From Curvibacter sp. GWA2_63_95 (GTDB lineage Bacteria > Pseudomonadota > Gammaproteobacteria > Burkholderiales > Burkholderiaceae_C), in contig MGPB01000019.1 in NCBI GenBank assembly GCA_001795455.1, positions 36,630 through 100,629 on the forward strand: a DNA stretch of 64,000 nucleotides, in the 5' to 3' direction. The position numbers and the translations under genes are program-made. Below are positions 55,366-64,000 of the stretch, one piece after another. Below the pieces are notes generated by a model. It did not search any database. It was not told the origin of the DNA and saw nothing but the letters and a program-made list of their open reading frames with translations. The number at the start of each line of letters is the position of its first letter. The first letter of the stretch is position 1.

Positions 55366-55647
55366 ATGAGCACCCCTCCCCTCCCACCGGCCGAATCGCT
55401 GATCGAATATCCCTCGCGCTTCCCCATCAAGGTCATGGGCCACAAAGTGGACGGACTGGTGCATGCCATCACGGTGATTGCCAAGCAGTTTGACCCCGAC
55501 TTCGACGCTGCGACCATCGAGCTGCGCGAGAGCAAGGGCGGCAACTACCTCGGCGTCACGATCACCGTCACAGCCACCAGCCGCGAGCAGTTGGACGAGT
55601 TGTACCGCACCCTGAGCACCCACCCCATGGTCAAAGTGGTGCTGTAA
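55366..55647 (+). CDS. ybeD: YbeD/DUF493 family protein
   Basis: LIEYPSRFPIKVMG, SKGGNY, HPMVKVVL; upstream of lipB. Confidence 0.9.
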   Translation: MSTPPLPPAESLIEYPSRFPIKVMGHKVDGLVHAITVIAKQFDPDFDAATIELRESKGGNYLGVTITVTATSREQLDELYRTLSTHPMVKVVL

Positions 55648-55650
55648 CCA

Positions 55651-56355
55651 ATGGCCATAGAGCGCTCGACCCTGGGCCGCGTGGACTACCTGCCCACCTA
55701 TGCGGCGATGCAGGCGTTTACCAACGAAAGAGCCGTCGGCCCCGCATCCACCCAGCGTGACCAGCTATGGATTTGTGAGCATCCGCCAGTATTCACCCAA
55801 GGGCTCGCGGGCAAACCGGAGCACATTTTCCTGCCCGGCGACATTCCCATCGTGCAAACCAACCGGGGCGGCCAGGTGACTTACCACGGCCCCGGCCAGG
55901 TGGTGGGGTACCCGCTGATCGACCTCAAACGCGCAGGCTACTTCGTCAAGGAATATGTCTACCGCATCGAAGAAGCGGTGATCAAGACGCTGGCGCACTT
56001 GGGTGTGACCGGCCACCGCGTGGCCGGTGCGCCCGGCATTTATGTGCGGCTAGACGACCCCACGGGCCATGCCCCACTGGCGCAGCGCCCCCAAAACGGT
56101 GCGGCCAGCGCCGCCGAGCCGGACTTCACCGGTCTGGGCAAGATCGCCGCCTTGGGCATCAAGGTCAGCCGCAACTGCACCTACCACGGCGTAGCGCTCA
56201 ACGTGGCCATGGACCTGGAACCCTTCTCACGCATCAACCCTTGCGGCTACACAAAGCTGCAAACCGTGGACCTTTCTACAATCGGGGTCTCTGTTGGCTG
56301 GGCTGATGCCGCCGACGTTCTGGGCCACAAGCTCGCCACTTACCTCACACCATGA
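55651..56355 (+). CDS. lipB: Octanoyltransferase LipB
   Basis: [37 protein letters not shown]. Confidence 0.95.
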   Translation: MAIERSTLGRVDYLPTYAAMQAFTNERAVGPASTQRDQLWICEHPPVFTQGLAGKPEHIFLPGDIPIVQTNRGGQVTYHGPGQVVGYPLIDLKRAGYFVKEYVYRIEEAVIKTLAHLGVTGHRVAGAPGIYVRLDDPTGHAPLAQRPQNGAASAAEPDFTGLGKIAALGIKVSRNCTYHGVALNVAMDLEPFSRINPCGYTKLQTVDLSTIGVSVGWADAADVLGHKLATYLTP

Positions 56356-57344
56356 GCCAAGACACACCCAACGCCACCGTCCGCGAGGTGCAATCCACCG
56401 AAACCTACAAGGCCACCGACAAACAAAAGGCCGCGGCCAAGCTGTCGCGCATTCCGGTGAAAGTGGTACAGGGCGAAGTGCTCAAGAAACCCGACTGGAT
56501 CCGTGTCAAGGCCGGCAGCCCCAGCACCCGTTTTTACGAAATCAAGGACACATTGCGCGCCAACAAGCTGGTCACCGTGTGCGAAGAAGCCAGTTGTCCC
56601 AATATCGGCGAATGCTTCGGCAAGGGCACGGCCACCTTCATGATCATGGGTGACAAATGCACGCGCCGCTGCCCCTTCTGCGACGTGGGCCACGGCCGCC
56701 CCGACCCGCTGGACGCGAACGAGCCCGACAACCTGGCCAAGACCATCGCCCAGCTCAAGCTGAACTATGTGGTGATTACCAGCGTGGACCGGGATGATTT
56801 GCGCGACGGCGGCGCCGGCCACTTTGTGGAATGCATCCGCAAGACCCGCGAGTTGTCGCCCAAAACGCAAATCGAAGTCCTGGTGCCCGACTTCCGCGGC
56901 CGCGATGACCGCGCTTTGGAAATTTTGAAGGCCGCGCCACCCGATGTGATGAACCACAACCTGGAAACCATTCCGCGCCTCTACAAGGAAGCCCGCCCCG
57001 GCTCGGACTACCAGTTCAGCCTGAACCTGCTCAAGAAGTTCAAGGCCCTGTTCCCCGACGTGCCGACCAAGAGCGGCCTGATGGTCGGCCTGGGTGAGAC
57101 CGACGAAGAAATTTTGGAAGTGATGCGCGACATGCGCGCCCACAACATCGAGATGCTGACCATCGGCCAGTACCTCGCACCCAGCACATCACACCTACCC
57201 GTGCGCCGCTACGTGCACCCCGACACCTTCAAGATGTTCGAGGAAGAGGCCTACAAAATGGGCTTCAAGCATGCGGCCGTGGGCGCGATGGTTCGCAGCT
57301 CGTACCATGCCGATGTGCAGGCCGGGCACGCGCTGGGCATGTGA
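56352..57344 (+). CDS. lipA: Lipoyl synthase LipA
   Basis: [27 protein letters not shown]; stop TGA at 57342-57344 overlaps the transposon end. Confidence 0.97.
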   Translation: MSQDTPNATVREVQSTETYKATDKQKAAAKLSRIPVKVVQGEVLKKPDWIRVKAGSPSTRFYEIKDTLRANKLVTVCEEASCPNIGECFGKGTATFMIMGDKCTRRCPFCDVGHGRPDPLDANEPDNLAKTIAQLKLNYVVITSVDRDDLRDGGAGHFVECIRKTRELSPKTQIEVLVPDFRGRDDRALEILKAAPPDVMNHNLETIPRLYKEARPGSDYQFSLNLLKKFKALFPDVPTKSGLMVGLGETDEEILEVMRDMRAHNIEMLTIGQYLAPSTSHLPVRRYVHPDTFKMFEEEAYKMGFKHAAVGAMVRSSYHADVQAGHALGM

Positions 57345-57411
57345 ATGATTAGAAGTTATTGCAACAATCCAGTAGTTGTTGCGAAAAATATTAGAAGTTA
57401 ACGCGACATTT
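57340..57411 (+). repeat. Tn7/Tn5053-type transposon end: TGT terminus plus three transposase-binding-like repeats
   Basis: TGTGAATG then ATTAGAAGTTATTGCAACA (57348), TCCAGTAGTTGTTGCGAAA (57368), ATTAGAAGTTAACGCGACA (57390); spacing 20 and 22 bp. Confidence 0.75.
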
Positions 57412-57418
57412 GGGCGCA

Positions 57419-59107
57419 ATGGACCCCGAAAAAGGCCTGAAATACTCGGGATTCTCCAATGGAATGCCTCGAATTTCGGCCTTTCCAACTGGGCCAAATT
57501 TTTGGCGAATTGATTGGTTCGGTGACATTGCCTATCCAGATCGATCCAACCGCCGGAAACAGCCCTCGATGTTTGTTCACCTCTCCAGGGTTAAAGACGA
57601 GCGCTTCCGCAACGATCCATCCGTTCTTTTGTCACCAGATGGCACCGCTCCCGCCCAATTCCAGAAACGTGCCTGGATTTCCATCGGAACCTTGCCACTA
57701 CTGCGGATAGGTGACATCTGGCGCGATGGCCAGCTCGATGCCCAACCAGACTACGAGCTGGAAAAGTTCAAGAACATCCAGATCGACGCAAAAACCACCA
57801 CGTTGATCAAAGCGGGGCTGAATATTGGCGACGCAGGATTTCTGCTGCCTTTGGCCGAACATCCTTGGCACCTGCAATGTACGCAGTCCTACTGCGTTAT
57901 GGTGAACTTGCCTGCTGGGGAACGATTGATCATTCCCTGCATGGAGTTGATTCGCTTCTACTTTGGATCTTCCAGCAACTTGCTTTCCAAGCTCTTCATT
58001 CCGCCGCTGGATCGTAAGTCCCTGTACAGCACCGCGTCATTTGATGTCCGCTCGAAACATCTATTCCTTCAACTTGCCGAAAAAATATCAGGCACATCAG
58101 CCGCCGACATTGGACGCTTGCATCTGAGCCCACTCGCATGGCGTGCGGCGGCAGTGGTGAGTACCTCGCTCCTCAAGGCATCGGTGGCTCAACAATCGAT
58201 CCACCCCCAGGCGCTTTTCCCATTCGAAGGCGAGACGACTTTGGTTGCCGCCGGCAAATGGTTGTCTTTTGCAGGACAACCTCGCTCCACGTTCTTGGTT
58301 TACAACCTGCGCTCTTGCGAGCATCCCTTTCCATTCAGGTCTTTGAGCTACAAGGTCACAGGCAGTCGTGCCCAACCTAACAGTCCTATTGGGGACTCAG
58401 ATCAATCGCGAGCACAGCCCGGGCACGCTGCAGCTCGAGACGCACAAGATCAACCATTGGTTGAGCGCGATGCGTCCAACAATCTTTCGCCAAGAATACG
58501 AACCTACCGGATTGAGCCACGATTTCCGGATCTCGCACCGAAACCAATCTGGAAAAACCGCACGCTAACTCATGCAGAATGGCTTGAAAAGCTAGATCGG
58601 CGACGAAGCACTTCGCCGATCTCTCATGGCTCCGTAGGTGACCCCGGTTCAGAGCGTCGAATTCGCTCTGTTGATTTTGCTTTACTTAGCAAAATCAACC
58701 CATCCTTTTTTGAAAGGGCCCCGGAGTTTTTACGCCCGATCGTTCAAGACCTATGTGCCCTCCAAGACACCGCAGTTGAGCTACTAACAGAAAGCGATGA
58801 GGATGGATGGACTGTCCCGATATCCGTACTCGCCGATGAAGATGGAGAAATTGATCCCAAGCTATTTACACAAACCAGTGAAAAGGACGCTCGACTCAGA
58901 AGAGTCGGTGCTTTTTGGCTCAAACGCACTGAAAAATACATGTGCCTAGTGGTCATTGAATCAACGCCCGCGTGCATCAAACTATGTCCAACAGTCGAAT
59001 TCAATAGGGGAGATATTTTGAGAATTCTCCGAAATGTAGCTGCTAATTTTCTGGATAACCCAGATAGCACTGGACACCTGCCAAGTCTTTTAAAAACTAT
59101 GTCCTAA
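57419..59107 (+). CDS. Hypothetical protein, distant TnsE-like target selector (tentative)
   Basis: About 560 aa (like TnsE); collinear weak motif matches from memory: LIIPCMELIRFYF vs TnsE YHIPQLELARSLF, RRVGAFWLKRTEKYMCLVVIE vs RVIKAVGVQRNGSEFVLLEVD; ATG 57419 (TTG 57410 alternative). Confidence 0.5.
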   Translation: MDPEKGLKYSGFSNGMPRISAFPTGPNFWRIDWFGDIAYPDRSNRRKQPSMFVHLSRVKDERFRNDPSVLLSPDGTAPAQFQKRAWISIGTLPLLRIGDIWRDGQLDAQPDYELEKFKNIQIDAKTTTLIKAGLNIGDAGFLLPLAEHPWHLQCTQSYCVMVNLPAGERLIIPCMELIRFYFGSSSNLLSKLFIPPLDRKSLYSTASFDVRSKHLFLQLAEKISGTSAADIGRLHLSPLAWRAAAVVSTSLLKASVAQQSIHPQALFPFEGETTLVAAGKWLSFAGQPRSTFLVYNLRSCEHPFPFRSLSYKVTGSRAQPNSPIGDSDQSRAQPGHAAARDAQDQPLVERDASNNLSPRIRTYRIEPRFPDLAPKPIWKNRTLTHAEWLEKLDRRRSTSPISHGSVGDPGSERRIRSVDFALLSKINPSFFERAPEFLRPIVQDLCALQDTAVELLTESDEDGWTVPISVLADEDGEIDPKLFTQTSEKDARLRRVGAFWLKRTEKYMCLVVIESTPACIKLCPTVEFNRGDILRILRNVAANFLDNPDSTGHLPSLLKTMS

Positions 59108-59426
59108 CCCAGCCATCGGAGTTGTGCACATTCCAAAAATCACAACGCTCATGTTGAGAATTTCTGACCAGCCCGCTCATATTGAGCAATGCCAGTTGAT
59201 GGAAATCAACCACTGACCCATCCGACCATGCTCGATACCGGAATACGCAAATTGCATGGTGTACGGCATTCCATCGGCTACTATCTGTTCTAAATTAATA
59301 CAGGTAGTAGAGGCAATTCAAAGAATGAACAGTTTGAGCGCTCGGTATGATCCGCGTCACAAGCGGTTCGATTGAGCACAGAAACTCAGCAGCCCAACTG
59401 TATTTAATCGGTACAAAGGAGGCGTC

Positions 59427-62075
59427 ATGCCCAATGGAGGCGCATTGGACGAAGAACATCAGCGACCAGATGCAGAAATTAAAATTTCTGCACGTGTGCT
59501 CATTCAGTTGGGCGAGGAGCTTGTGACCGATGGAGAGCAAGCGATCCTTGAATGCGTTAAGAACGCTTATGACGCTGATTCCCCCGGTTGCAAAATTCTG
59601 ATCCGCACAAAGTCCTCTGGCCATTTTGAGCAGGAGGATAGAGCCGGACGCCTTCTCGACTTCCGGGAGGCGGCTGAGAACGTCCACGTATCCTTCACGA
59701 AAGAAGGGCACGCCATTGACGTGTCAGACAACTGGCGAGAGGAACAAGAAATCGCAGCCACTGATCTTATACGACGGAGGCTCGATTGGACTGGCTTCAT
59801 TACTATTGAGGACAGTGGTGACGGAATCGCCGCAGAGAAACTGCGCAAGTCCTGGCTCACCATCAGCGGATCAAACAAACGATCTACCGAAGGCAAGCGG
59901 AAGGCAACGACTACAAAGGGGCGCACCCCACTTGGCGACAAGGGCGTAGGCCGGCTGGGTTCGATGAAACTCGGCGATATCTTGGAAGTTGTAACGAGCA
60001 CGAGCGAGGATCAGCCATTGGCGTCAGCAGTGTTCAGATGGGCGGATTGCGAAAAAGCAGAGACAGTCGATGAGATTCCAGTCTTTGTAAAAACTGAACT
60101 CCCAAATCCAGATCGATTCAAGGGCACACGAGTTTCTGTTTACGGCTTGAAAAATGCTGGGCAATGGGCGAGCGCCAAAGGCGCGAACGCCATCAAGAAT
60201 AGCCTAGCCGCCTTGGTATCTCCATTTGAGGCAAAAGCGCAGTTCCCCGTAACTGTGGACGTCAATTCCGACAAAACCAGTCTGGTCTCAGTCACTGAAA
60301 CGCTGCTTGCGCGAGCGGTCGCCGACTTTCGATTCGAATGGGTGACCGGGACAAATGGCACATCGGAATTGCAGTGCGTCGCACGGTTCCGGGAGAAGCT
60401 ATTTCGCGCCACCATCGGAAGTAGGGCTCAAAAACAAAAGTCCAAGATCGTCTTTGATCAGGATAATGGTGATGGATTTCTTGCATGGCTCAGCGATCCC
60501 AAGCGACTGAAGCGCTACAAAATTACTCCCCGTCCGGACTCCGAATGGCTTGTTGAAGTTCGGCAAACCATTCCGTGGTCGAAAATCAAAACCGTCGCGC
60601 AAGGAGCCGAAGCAGAAGATCCCGGCGCCTTGAGCGCGGCTTTCTATTTCTTCAATCTACGGGATATCTCAAGCGACGAAAGCACTGACTCCGATCCAAC
60701 GGAATCAGAATCAGATGCGGAAGCCACGGCGGGGCTTGGAATTGATCGGGCGACGATCAAGCGGATGGCCGGCATATCCATTTTGCGGGATGGATTCCGA
60801 GTCCGGGCTCAAGGCGATTGGCTAAGACTTGCCGAGGGTATGACCACGGGCAGCACGTACCAATTGCGCGTGCACAACACATTGGGATATTTCGCCTTGA
60901 CCGGCGAACACAACTACAAACTCGTAGAGAAGTCCGACCGAGAGAGTTTCGTAGAGAACGATGCCTATCGCGGCTTTCATGCCATCGCTGTAGAGTGCAG
61001 AACTTTCGCAAACGACGCGCTGGAGTCGGTTCGACGGGCGATGGACAAATACGCCACGCTGGTTGTCCCGTCCGACGCTATTAGCCCTACGCCCGAGCGC
61101 TCGTTCGAAGTCGTCGAGACCTCGGTAGAAAGCGCGGCGACAGCTAAGCAAGACACCCAGTCCATCGTCGACGCCCTGGAGCAGGGGCTAGGACTTGTCG
61201 AGAGGCAAGACGCGCGCGCCACAAACGTACTAAAAGCAGCTCTCCAGAAAGCTCAGACCGTGCAGCGCAACTTGGACGCAGGTCAGCAAGCGAGCAGCGC
61301 CGTACGACTTCTCAGGCAGGAGTTTGCCGACAGCAAAGAGCGCACGCTGTCACTATATGAGAGCGCAGCGGTCGGCCTCAGCGCACGCGGTCTGGCGCAC
61401 GAACTGCGCACCCACATTGTGGAGATCCGAAGACGGATCGTTGGCATAGAGGAGCTAATCAAGGAGGGCCGGGCGGACGTCAAGAGCGTGGCCCGCCACA
61501 CAAGATCCATCCGCGCTGCGTGTGCGAGCATCACCAGCGCCGCCGCGATTATCGATCCGCTGCTCCCGCGAACTCGAACAGTGAAGGAGTCGATTGACCT
61601 CTTCGACTTTGTCACCCAATACAAAGAGAACCGCGCTGGCGCTTTAGAGCGTGAAGGCATTAGTTTCGAGATCAAAAACGCGACTGACAAGGCCGTCGCC
61701 AAGATCAATAGGGGCCGACTACTAGCCGTTTTCGATAACCTGATTCGAAACAGCGTCTATTGGTTGCGCCGCGGCACTGATGTGCTTGAGATCAAACGTC
61801 CTAAACGTATCCGCATAGAAATTACTCCAATTGGATTTTCAGTAGCCGATAGTGGCCCGGGGGTAGACCCGGCCTACGAGGACAACATATTTGACATGTT
61901 CATCTCAGCGAAGCCGGCATCGGAGCGCGGGCAAGGCCTGGGACTATTCATTTCGACGCAATTACTCGCAGCGGATGGCTGCAGCATTAGCCTGAGTGCG
62001 GATAAGAACCAAGATGGTCGACCGTACAAATTTATTGTGAACCTTGGGGCAGTCATGCAGGGAGGAACTAAATGA
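59427..62075 (+). CDS. MORC/GHKL ATPase fused to a histidine kinase
   Basis: N-terminal ECVKNAYDA, EDSGDG, GDKGVGR, KGTRV; central S5-like RDGFRV..DWL..EKSDRE; C-terminal AHELRTH, DNLIRNS, DSGPGV, GQGLGL; RBS AAAGGAGG. Confidence 0.88.
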   Translation: MPNGGALDEEHQRPDAEIKISARVLIQLGEELVTDGEQAILECVKNAYDADSPGCKILIRTKSSGHFEQEDRAGRLLDFREAAENVHVSFTKEGHAIDVSDNWREEQEIAATDLIRRRLDWTGFITIEDSGDGIAAEKLRKSWLTISGSNKRSTEGKRKATTTKGRTPLGDKGVGRLGSMKLGDILEVVTSTSEDQPLASAVFRWADCEKAETVDEIPVFVKTELPNPDRFKGTRVSVYGLKNAGQWASAKGANAIKNSLAALVSPFEAKAQFPVTVDVNSDKTSLVSVTETLLARAVADFRFEWVTGTNGTSELQCVARFREKLFRATIGSRAQKQKSKIVFDQDNGDGFLAWLSDPKRLKRYKITPRPDSEWLVEVRQTIPWSKIKTVAQGAEAEDPGALSAAFYFFNLRDISSDESTDSDPTESESDAEATAGLGIDRATIKRMAGISILRDGFRVRAQGDWLRLAEGMTTGSTYQLRVHNTLGYFALTGEHNYKLVEKSDRESFVENDAYRGFHAIAVECRTFANDALESVRRAMDKYATLVVPSDAISPTPERSFEVVETSVESAATAKQDTQSIVDALEQGLGLVERQDARATNVLKAALQKAQTVQRNLDAGQQASSAVRLLRQEFADSKERTLSLYESAAVGLSARGLAHELRTHIVEIRRRIVGIEELIKEGRADVKSVARHTRSIRAACASITSAAAIIDPLLPRTRTVKESIDLFDFVTQYKENRAGALEREGISFEIKNATDKAVAKINRGRLLAVFDNLIRNSVYWLRRGTDVLEIKRPKRIRIEITPIGFSVADSGPGVDPAYEDNIFDMFISAKPASERGQGLGLFISTQLLAADGCSISLSADKNQDGRPYKFIVNLGAVMQGGTK

Positions 62076-63898
62076 AGCCACTTGAGGCACTGAAGCTACT
62101 AGGTGCAAAACGAGTTATATGGATTGATGACCGTTTTGCAACTGCATCGGTAGCGGAGTTGGTAGCCCTTCTCACTGAGAACGCAGATATCGCGGAAGAG
62201 GTGTGTCCCGAACCGATGCAAGCCTCCCTGCGCAAGATTGCTGACAGCGATGAGACTGGCAATCACGAGTTGACGCAGCTGGTCGCAGACCTGACTGAAG
62301 AGGCGCGCATCACGTTACTGCGCCTCGTTCAGGTGAAGTTGGAAAGCACTGACACTCCAGACCTATCTGACGAACAGATCGAGAGCGTGTGCGCACACCT
62401 TTCCATCGCAAAGGAGGATCGTTGGCCCTTCGATAAAGCAGAGGCATCCATGCTGGCTCTCGCAAAGGATGGGAGCGACAACGAGCTCAGCTACATCATC
62501 GACCTGAACGATGCCCAGGGTGCTGACAACAACAGGCGAGGACTGGAGCTCCTGAAGGTACTTCATAGTGCAGACTCAAAAGCCACAGCGTTGTTGCTAA
62601 CGCATTACGCGACCAAGAGCAACGAGGCGGAAAAGGAACTTGAGTTGCGCGATGAGCTCTCAAAAGACGGTCCATTCAACGTATCGCCAGTGTGCGTCAT
62701 CGCGAAAGAGCGTCTCTATCCCGAGGCTGATGCGGCATCAACGGCAGAAGGACGTGACAGCGCAGTCGCCCAAGCGTTACGCATCGCGATCAAGAGAGCA
62801 GGACTCCGCCGCAATGTTCACGAAGTCCTAGTTCGCGTCCAAGACCATATTGAAAAAGCGTTCAAGGCCGCAAGCGATGACCTACTTGAGGTCCCGCCTG
62901 AGCAGTTGGACGAGTATGTGATTGATCGGGCCTATGCGGAAGGCGTCTCTGAACTTCATGTGGTGGAACGCGCGCTCACCGCGTCCATGTCGGAATCGTT
63001 CCGTCGCCTATTTTCAGTCGATGCGGATACCCGCGAAAACGAGCGTCGTCTGCGTTTACTTCGCGACGTGCCGCTCGATATCGACGCGACAGTCCACCAC
63101 AAAAAGCTGGAAACGTTCAGAAAGCTAGAGGTCTGGGAATCAGAAGATTTAGTCAACAGGGGCTGCTCTCCCCTGGCATGCGGCGATGTCTTTGAAATGG
63201 ATGCTCAGGACGGCACTCAGGCTCATCGCTTTATATTGCTGGCGCAACCTTGCGATGTCACGTTACGCCCAAAGGGCGATCGAGATGCCGAAGTCGGCTT
63301 CCTGGTAATGCTCAAGCAGCTTTCAAATATAAATGTTGTTCCCAATCAAAAACAAACCCGACTACCCTTCCTGCTAGATGGAAAGCAATGGGTGTGCGAA
63401 CTGAGGAAGACGGCTTCGGTTCGACTCGACCTATTGGATCTAGTGTCTTACCGAACTGATGGCCGGCTTCAGTATGACGACAACCAGGTGATACCGGATT
63501 GGCTACTGCCAGGTCAGCGGGTCAGCGGAAAATCGGTTTTCGGTAGCCTCAAGAAGGCGCTAGATGCTCGGGCGGCCGCTAAATCTGCGCCTGCCAAGGA
63601 CATAAAGGACTCCAGGTGTCAACTGACGCTTTTGGCCGGAGGCCCCTTCCAGCATATCGCTCATGGGACATTCATAGAGGCCAAGCAAGCGAAGGATGCA
63701 GAACCAGCAGTTCCCGCTGGCTTTACCTGGAACCTGCGGCGCGTAGGTCGGGTGCGGATGCCTTATGCATCGGCATTGTTAGGTAGCTACCTTGCAGTTG
63801 TGGATAGGGATGCCTTCGACTTGGACTACCTCAGACCGAAGGCCCCGCAGGCAGCGGAGGCCGGGGCGTGTGGTGGCGGTCAGACAGCGTGCTCTTGA
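62072..63898 (+). CDS. Receiver-domain protein with a long insert and an uncharacterised C-terminal domain
   Basis: VIWIDD, IIDLN, GLELLKVL, LLLTH, IAKE receiver elements; C-terminal GDVFE..ILLAQPCD; 4 bp overlap with the kinase gene. Confidence 0.75.
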   Translation: MKPLEALKLLGAKRVIWIDDRFATASVAELVALLTENADIAEEVCPEPMQASLRKIADSDETGNHELTQLVADLTEEARITLLRLVQVKLESTDTPDLSDEQIESVCAHLSIAKEDRWPFDKAEASMLALAKDGSDNELSYIIDLNDAQGADNNRRGLELLKVLHSADSKATALLLTHYATKSNEAEKELELRDELSKDGPFNVSPVCVIAKERLYPEADAASTAEGRDSAVAQALRIAIKRAGLRRNVHEVLVRVQDHIEKAFKAASDDLLEVPPEQLDEYVIDRAYAEGVSELHVVERALTASMSESFRRLFSVDADTRENERRLRLLRDVPLDIDATVHHKKLETFRKLEVWESEDLVNRGCSPLACGDVFEMDAQDGTQAHRFILLAQPCDVTLRPKGDRDAEVGFLVMLKQLSNINVVPNQKQTRLPFLLDGKQWVCELRKTASVRLDLLDLVSYRTDGRLQYDDNQVIPDWLLPGQRVSGKSVFGSLKKALDARAAAKSAPAKDIKDSRCQLTLLAGGPFQHIAHGTFIEAKQAKDAEPAVPAGFTWNLRRVGRVRMPYASALLGSYLAVVDRDAFDLDYLRPKAPQAAEAGACGGGQTACS

Positions 63899-64000
63899 CC
63901 TCATCAACGCTGATCTACCCAACTGAGAAATTCTCTCACTCTGGGAGATCTAGATGTTGGGACAACATGGCGCCATTAAGGGTCAGCGGATATCCCTTCA

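Larger units (their letters stand above)
57340..64000. mobile_element. Left part of a putative Tn7-like transposon / genomic island inserted at the lipA 3' end (continues past the window)
   Basis: Abrupt drop in GC and codon bias at 57340, transposon-like end, TnsE-like ORF, defence-type cargo; no tnsABC/tniQ within the window. Confidence 0.7.

Noticed and set aside
56050-56130. Extra segment in LipB ([18 protein letters not shown])
   Set aside because: Does not match repeat families A, B or C and keeps host codon usage; probably a lineage-typical loop
57348-57411. Mini CRISPR array
   Set aside because: Repeats are imperfect, about 19 bp and essentially contiguous with no unique spacers; they fit transposase-binding sites better
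59295-59711. 138 aa minus-strand ORF in the island
   Set aside because: Overlaps the strongly supported GHKL gene and its RBS on the opposite strand; no recognisable motifs
63899-64000. Start (ATG 63954, MLGQHGAIKG...) or end (minus strand ...GYPLTLNGAMLSQHLDLPE-stop) of a further island gene
   Set aside because: Too little sequence before the window edge to decide strand or identity

Overview
High-GC betaproteobacterial chromosome segment whose gene content resembles Comamonadaceae (Rhodoferax/Acidovorax-like; inference). Positions 1-57339 are mostly core or metabolic genes: glcD, putA and an Lrp regulator, chemotaxis and c-di-GMP signalling genes, yggS-pilT-pilU, the rsmI-yraN-gmhA-dolP cluster, dgo and agl sugar genes, pobRA, tRNA-Arg, LemA/TPM, the full atp operon and ybeD-lipB-lipA. 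Two things stand out. (1) At 57340, inside the last codons of lipA, a lower-GC island begins with a Tn7/Tn5053-type transposon end (TGT plus three ~20-22 bp-spaced repeats), and the end itself supplies the lipA stop codon. It is followed by a distant TnsE-like ORF and a MORC/GHKL-ATPase-histidine-kinase fusion coupled to a split-receiver protein. This suggests a Tn7-like element using lipA as its attachment site and carrying a candidate defence two-component module; the element runs off the window. (2) A ~55-70 bp AT-rich dispersed repeat occurs at least 10 times. Eight copies overlap coding sequence, in four different reading frames on both strands, including three copies inside putA. A second, GC-rich repeat is inserted in frame in a YheT hydrolase. 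All protein assignments come from motif recognition, not database searches.
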